This document shows, one piece after another, positions 36,901 to 39,822 of a stretch of DNA of 39,822 nucleotides. The DNA comes from Candidatus Omnitrophota bacterium (GTDB lineage: Bacteria; Omnitrophota; Omnitrophia; Omnitrophales; Danuiimicrobiaceae). Each line of letters starts with the position of its first letter. The first letter of the stretch is position 1. Location: positions 1-39,822 of the forward strand of contig JAHFHD010000004.1 of assembly GCA_023247075.1 (NCBI GenBank), in the 5' to 3' direction. Made by a program: the position numbers and the translations under genes. The notes under the pieces were generated by a model. It saw only the letters and a program-made list of their open reading frames with translations. It made no database searches and had not been told where the DNA came from.

Positions 36901-39822
36901 AAACGTGAAGCGGCCCCCGCCATATCTACTTCTCCCCAAAAAATTGTTTTGACCGGACAAACTCAGGATGAAAAAAAAGTGTCTTTCATTGGCTCGAAAG
37001 GCGAGAAAAATAACTACGCTGGAATTGTCATTTTTGAAACACAGGTTACTTCCGAGTTTTTTGACGCCCCCCTGCTTCTTAAAGAGATGTACACAGTATC
37101 AAGCGACCAGGCTTCTGAAAAGAATAGTGAATGGTATGACAATAATAAAGTCTTGGTTCAAAAAATTAATTCAGACGGTTCCATCGAACTCTTCAGTCCC
37201 AAGAAAAGTTTGACGGTGCATATTTCAAAAGAAGATGCCAACGGCCGCCAAAGTTTAACCATCCACACCCCTTCTGCTCAAGGTAATGTTGAGGGAAAAG
37301 CATGGACTGAAAAATCCTCAGGACTTGTGGAAGGTGTTAATGGAAATAGCTTCAATAACCCCGGGTGGAGCCTCTTCGTTAAAAGGCTCGAAGATGGGTC
37401 GCTCAAGGTTTTTCTTACGAACCTGTATCCATTGGTTCAAGCGCCATCTGATTTGGCGCAGGCCATCTCGGATCTTGAAGCGAAACTGATTGATTTTGAA
37501 ATCGAAGGAGGAGGCGGCCTCCTTCGTTCTTATTACGTCAATGACCGAGACGAGCAATATTTGTGGGTTAAAGACATCACCTACATTTATGATCAAGCGG
37601 CTGCAATAGTTGCGATGACTGCTTTAGGCCGGCAAGAAATAGCAGAACGTTGGATGCAGGCGCTGATTCGGTCTGCACATCCTGACGGGCAATTTCCATT
37701 TTTTGTTCGCTACGACAGGGTTAAGTCAGATCCTTACTACAGGACAGGCTCCCAAATGTGGGCAGCATATGCGATGGGATTTTTCTTACAAAAATTTCCA
37801 GAAAGTTCGCTAACTCCTCACATTAAAGCGGCACTCAAAAAGAACTTGGATGTCATGATTGAAAAGTATTGGCTTGAGGGAAGTGAACAAGGCACTCAGG
37901 AAGATACTTTCATGGGAGGCAAAGGCGTTTATCCAAATTACCCAAAAACGAAAGGCTTCAATCCAAACATTAAAAAAGAGTGGAGCAGCACAGAGCATAA
38001 TATCGATGCTTATTTTGCTTTGGAGCTAGCCGGCAGGGTTTTGGGTGATTCAAGATACGCTGCCATCGCTCAGCGCGTCAAAAAGTCTCTCCTCAATCGA
38101 CTTTGGAATAATGAAAGCAATGAAGCGTATCAAGGAACTAGCCATGAAGGTCCAGATAAAGATCATGCTCTGGACGTCGCTTCTTGGTACAGCCTTTTTG
38201 CTTCTTCGGTCGGGGAACACGACCGCGCGAAGCTGGCTTTAAAAAGTGCGGATCAATATCTGGTTGTTGAAGAAGGCATCCGTGGATACCCACCCTATCT
38301 AAGGGAAAAAGGATATTCTAAAGCGACGGGCGGAGTTTGGGGCGAGGGAACAGCAGGCGTCCTCCTCGCAAAAAGATTGGCGCTGCGACCTGCAGAGACA
38401 GAAGTTGTAGATGATGTTGAGAATTTATTAAAGCTGATGACAAACCATGGCCTTTTGTATCACACCCAAAACGCGGCTTATGATTCAAAACATTTGCCTT
38501 CTGTGGTCTCGACAGCCTGGACCTTAATCGCTATCCATCCGAATGGGTTTTGGAATACGGATGTGCCCATGTTAGGCGCAAAACCCGCGGAAGCACCTGC
38601 CAGAGAAATTCGTAAGGAACTTCGGAACAATCCGTTTAAATCCAGCAGAAAAAGAATTGTTTCCGCATCTTTAGCAGGTCTTATTGCTGTGGGCGAGTTT
38701 TTTACACCCGCACCCGTTTCACAAGCCTCTAGCGATGGAAGTTTACCAGCTACTGATGAGCAAACAGTGAGCGCTCAAAACAAAAGTCCCGCTCCTTTAT
38801 TTGAAATGCCGTTCGGCGCTGAGCTTGACTCTCAAACAGGCAAAGTTATTAATGGAAAGCTTATGGTGACGAAAAATGGCGGCGGCAAAATAACGGCTAG
38901 GATTTTTGGCGGCCCCGTTTCCGAGACACTCATTAAAGAATTTGAATTGTCAGGAATTCCAGAACGCGAAGACACTCCCACTACTCCTAACTCCCCAAGA
39001 AAGATTGTTTTGACCGGACAAACTCTGGATGGAAAGAAAGTGTCTTTCATTGGCTTGAAAGGCAAGAAAAATAGCTACGCCGGCGTTTTCATCGTTGAAA
39101 CCGAAGTCACTTCCGAGTTTTTTGACGCCCCCGTACGTCTTAAAAAGATGTACACAGTATCAGGGGGCAAGGTTTCTGAAAAGGGCAGTGAATGGTATGA
39201 CAAAAATAAAACCTTAATTCAAAAGACTAATCCAGACGGTTCCATTGAATTATTCGATTCCAAGAAAAGTTTGACGGTGCATATTTCAAAAGAAGATGCC
39301 AACGGCCGCCGGAGTGTAACCACCCTCTTTTCAGGTGAAATCCCTTCTGCTCAAGGCTATGTTGAGGGAAAAGCATGGACTGAAGAATCCTCAGGGCTTG
39401 TGGAAGGTGTTAGTGGAAATAGCTTCAACAACCCTGGGTGGCGCCTCGTCGTTAAAAGACTCGAAAATGGGTTGCTGTTTGTGTTACGGAAGTATGTGAA
39501 TACTGACGAAAGCGGCGCTCCAGACCCCCGCTCGTTGTTACCGCCTCTTCCGGCGCAAGATAAGCAAACACCTAATACTGACGAACGGCGTGAGTTGCGC
39601 AGCAGTTCCAAAATAAATTTTTCAAACGCAATACCGGACAGCCATCAGGCCGCAGAATTCCAAACCGTTTCTTTGGGGGGCAAAAATTTAATTATTGGTC
39701 CCAACGGAGCTATGACAAAAATAAAATTAGGAGAATCTTTTGACGATGCCATTGCACGTTACCTTGAAGAAAGACAGCCCGAAAGCGATTCCCTTTCCGC
39801 GCAATATGCCCGCACCGGCGGC
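30994..39822 (+). CDS. Giant multi-module protein, 3' truncated by the window (at least 2943 aa); putative self-processing polyprotein
   Basis: Hand translation of frame +1 found no stop from ATG 30994 (MQGRFLKSVSLITAAVFSITQFSF...) to the window end; in-frame TAA stops lie just upstream. Omitted from the ORF track. Existence of the ORF is secure; function is inferred. Confidence 0.93.
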   Translation, partial: MQGRFLKSVSLITAAVFSITQFSFPERLNASVIPSPAFNFEQASSRVSAAAPFRLSIPKELAAINNIHSGVGPKLIHIQTSHMSFEAQKKIKSILKHLEKEEGIKTLFLEGTAFKLDPSLLRFFPTRPDLNEKALEQLSQKSLVDGAELFLADSQNASAYGIEDAEVYKKGTEIFRDVLRARRGSEQFLKDFDQQISRIASTRLNPKLRDFLKECSRYTSGTNSPSSQISFLKQRALETLELEFTNPVNQVDWPMLVRLTKLEKWEKEINQAALKKEKDLFLAVVSKKLTPSLAALIEELLSSPLVSSTRSSDGFDLIFEEMADKLPRDFNYAAYPNLNRAIGFRLLNSEIDPSLLMKEVEQLSQKIAESLAQSQTEKKILDVLNKHRLLRKLFALELGPDDYEEIQQLSLREAPNGATKQSQFWIASSTLGTLPRNDETSKRLRAYFQPSQLIQELLALCVSEHVSVAAFDSHLGEIDQLFRRALDFYAVVKERDQCMIRNVERRFKETGVDKAVVITGGFHSRPFQEYFSKHGYRYALLSPNFTSGSKEDSEEGKAGYIRFILETDPRKLETQTHAATPIAQDEVNFAPLGYDFKITATLVRDELRATFGTTPSSAFNPKVAAHWGIQLPASVIDKGIAPRQEVRSSAHSSKAPEPARQHRQGIRGFYNEEISFVELMLITALLSFLSLGFFPFFVAHGIQQKNRFLVIVAGIPSALAAVGFLGALAYFLNWSIQRRLKKSNTTIAGEVPRKELRASKNPLSLGKYLAGTAFRLAASFALAGTLFVTSVFAQSDSQGQTGRPTTNSTALVRQRKSDGGSTIEIFSPDGAKIKLTKLVAQSMKTPGGDWSLIYSEPGSRFLSGRAQARDLETKESGWVTRFQAELPEFDLIFTFTSQKPDQFEVTVTGMNGSQINPRPELRSKLSSSRPKIHPKQPPWRFVRRLKEIAASKTVSTKGSVPPARVFTGRRNLSKTKQAPQPAVFHPRKKWASTVSAKRQLDRNREREGPAKTYQQKGLGAKGGSTGNGHTRQLSGRMGRLRAFVVQFGFGFLMWSADLVAQDAPQQGQNFLRSSGEVINPNAATYAHAELRSSERLVQLIDSRSAWEDVDSFVKQFERQAKKRIAANLMSTSGPLLNEFFEGLDFTHDWIHFSSSHKNRLIILKFGKVGTTKTGASVYTIELDFKNQKSYVAKNSLDNLLFKPLPIELNQLRAIEFDFKRGIIHFKFTSPPNLESLKSALGPDLFERVKFEMFEEVTHGKVSVPQDFQTYASLLQNERRHSARDFADYVNAMLIKYPDGRTTGADQKFDDEVTALHPEIATLWFMVSIASKVVENPAAPPNSYFGSFEQAYLRRFDKYKMFEATRKQIHTIQVSRKSREFPKLVFPTLNISLPLTQTDTLQFELEAGNRQELRSNLFQFSRRGIIFASLMGFIAVSELLTPAVASDESLPVTDEQTVSTQSESPAPLTDLYPLVQAPSDLAQAIPYLEKKLTEFEIEGGGGLLRSYYVDDRDKQFLEFKNITCIYDQAIAIVAMTALGRQETAERWMRALIRSAHPDGQFPFFVRYDKNESDPYYRTGSQMWAAYAMGFFLQKFPESSLTPHIKAALKKHLDAMIKNYWLEGSEQGTQEDTFTGGKGQYPNYPKTEGFDPKPKQWSSTKQNIDAYFTLELAGRVLGDSKYTAIAQRVKKALLNRLWNNESNEAYQGVTGPAGQDKNHALDVGSWYSIFASLVGEHDRAKLALKSTDQYLVVEEGVRGYTPYLKERGYPEAAGGIWGEGTAGVLLAKRLAPRPAETEVVDDVENLLKLMTDHGLLDHTQNVEIDDLKRLPSAVSTAWTLIALHPNGFWNTDVPPLGAKPVEAPAREIRKELRSNPFQFSRRGIVFASLMGFIAVSELLTPAVASDENLPAADEQTVSAQSESPAPLFDIPLAGFDSQIGRVVNKKLTVTKGSDGKITARIVEDFELSETPKREAAPAISTSPQKIVLTGQTQDEKKVSFIGSKGEKNNYAGIVIFETQVTSEFFDAPLLLKEMYTVSSDQASEKNSEWYDNNKVLVQKINSDGSIELFSPKKSLTVHISKEDANGRQSLTIHTPSAQGNVEGKAWTEKSSGLVEGVNGNSFNNPGWSLFVKRLEDGSLKVFLTNLYPLVQAPSDLAQAISDLEAKLIDFEIEGGGGLLRSYYVNDRDEQYLWVKDITYIYDQAAAIVAMTALGRQEIAERWMQALIRSAHPDGQFPFFVRYDRVKSDPYYRTGSQMWAAYAMGFFLQKFPESSLTPHIKAALKKNLDVMIEKYWLEGSEQGTQEDTFMGGKGVYPNYPKTKGFNPNIKKEWSSTEHNIDAYFALELAGRVLGDSRYAAIAQRVKKSLLNRLWNNESNEAYQGTSHEGPDKDHALDVASWYSLFASSVGEHDRAKLALKSADQYLVVEEGIRGYPPYLREKGYSKATGGVWGEGTAGVLLAKRLALRPAETEVVDDVENLLKLMTNHGLLYHTQNAAYDSKHLPSVVSTAWTLIAIHPNGFWNTDVPMLGAKPAEAPAREIRKELRNNPFKSSRKRIVSASLAGLIAVGEFFTPAPVSQASSDGSLPATDEQTVSAQNKSPAPLFEMPFGAELDSQTGKVINGKLMVTKNGGGKITARIFGGPVSETLIKEFELSGIPEREDTPTTPNSPRKIVLTGQTLDGKKVSFIGLKGKKNSYAGVFIVETEVTSEFFDAPVRLKKMYTVSGGKVSEKGSEWYDKNKTLIQKTNPDGSIELFDSKKSLTVHISKEDANGRRSVTTLFSGEIPSAQGYVEGKAWTEESSGLVEGVSGNSFNNPGWRLVVKRLENGLLFVLRKYVNTDESGAPDPRSLLPPLPAQDKQTPNTDERRELRSSSKINFSNAIPDSHQAAEFQTVSLGGKNLIIGPNGAMTKIKLGESFDDAIARYLEERQPESDSLSAQYARTGG
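32220..32307. repeat. RPE-like palindrome inside the giant CDS, read in frame
   Basis: gtcattgcgag...gacgaagcaatc...gattgcttcgtc...ctcgcaatgac, translated as SLREAPNGATKQSQFWIASSTLGTLPRND. Confidence 0.88.
35398..38625 (+). repeat. Intragenic duplication of domain A (~35398-36606 and ~37421-38625), six-hairpin glycosidase-like
   Basis: Two ~1.2-kb copies from LYPLVQAPSD to REIRKELR with long identical DNA tracts. Confidence 0.9.
36607..39480 (+). repeat. Intragenic duplication of signal peptide, linker and beta-rich domain B (~36607-37420 and ~38626-39480)
   Basis: Shared KIVLTGQT, TSEFFDAP, SLTVHISKEDANGR, VEGKAWTE and GNSFNNPGW; a third signal/linker copy lies at 35233-35394. Confidence 0.9.

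Noticed and set aside
30966-39611. Short ORF-track calls and apparent 9-kb coding desert
   Set aside because: All are shadows of the frame +1 giant ORF, which the track omitted because it has no stop codon in the window.

Overview
Bacterial chromosomal window, probably from a Ca. Omnitrophota-like lineage (inferred from the giant gene and the repeat families, not verified). Bases 1-30.6 kb are mostly housekeeping genes. In order: tRNA-Arg(ACG); a Pho-box-preceded porin-pstSCAB-phoU operon; tadA; tRNA-Ser(GGA); ndk; a probable beta-glucan utilisation locus (sugar-binding lipoprotein, GH94 phosphorylase, GH144/GH189-clan enzyme, CBM-like protein, ROK regulator); a sulfate-activation cluster (cysC, PHP phosphatase, cysH, sat, thrC-like); a reverse-strand GldA/GldFG/DUF4340 ABC cassette; and a MoaD/ThiS-bioB-fabF-like-bioF operon. 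Intergenic regions carry many REP/RPE-like palindromes. The main discovery is missing from the ORF track because it has no stop codon in the window: a single open frame from ATG 30994 to the window end (at least 2943 codons, translated by hand). It begins with a signal peptide and a TraB/Tiki-like metalloprotease motif set. It is then punctuated by nine (R/H)-x-E-(L/V)-R motifs, several of which are directly followed by internal Sec- or Tat-like signal peptides and by duplicated, shuffled cargo domains. This looks like a self-processing bacterial polyprotein. That interpretation is inference and needs proteomic testing.
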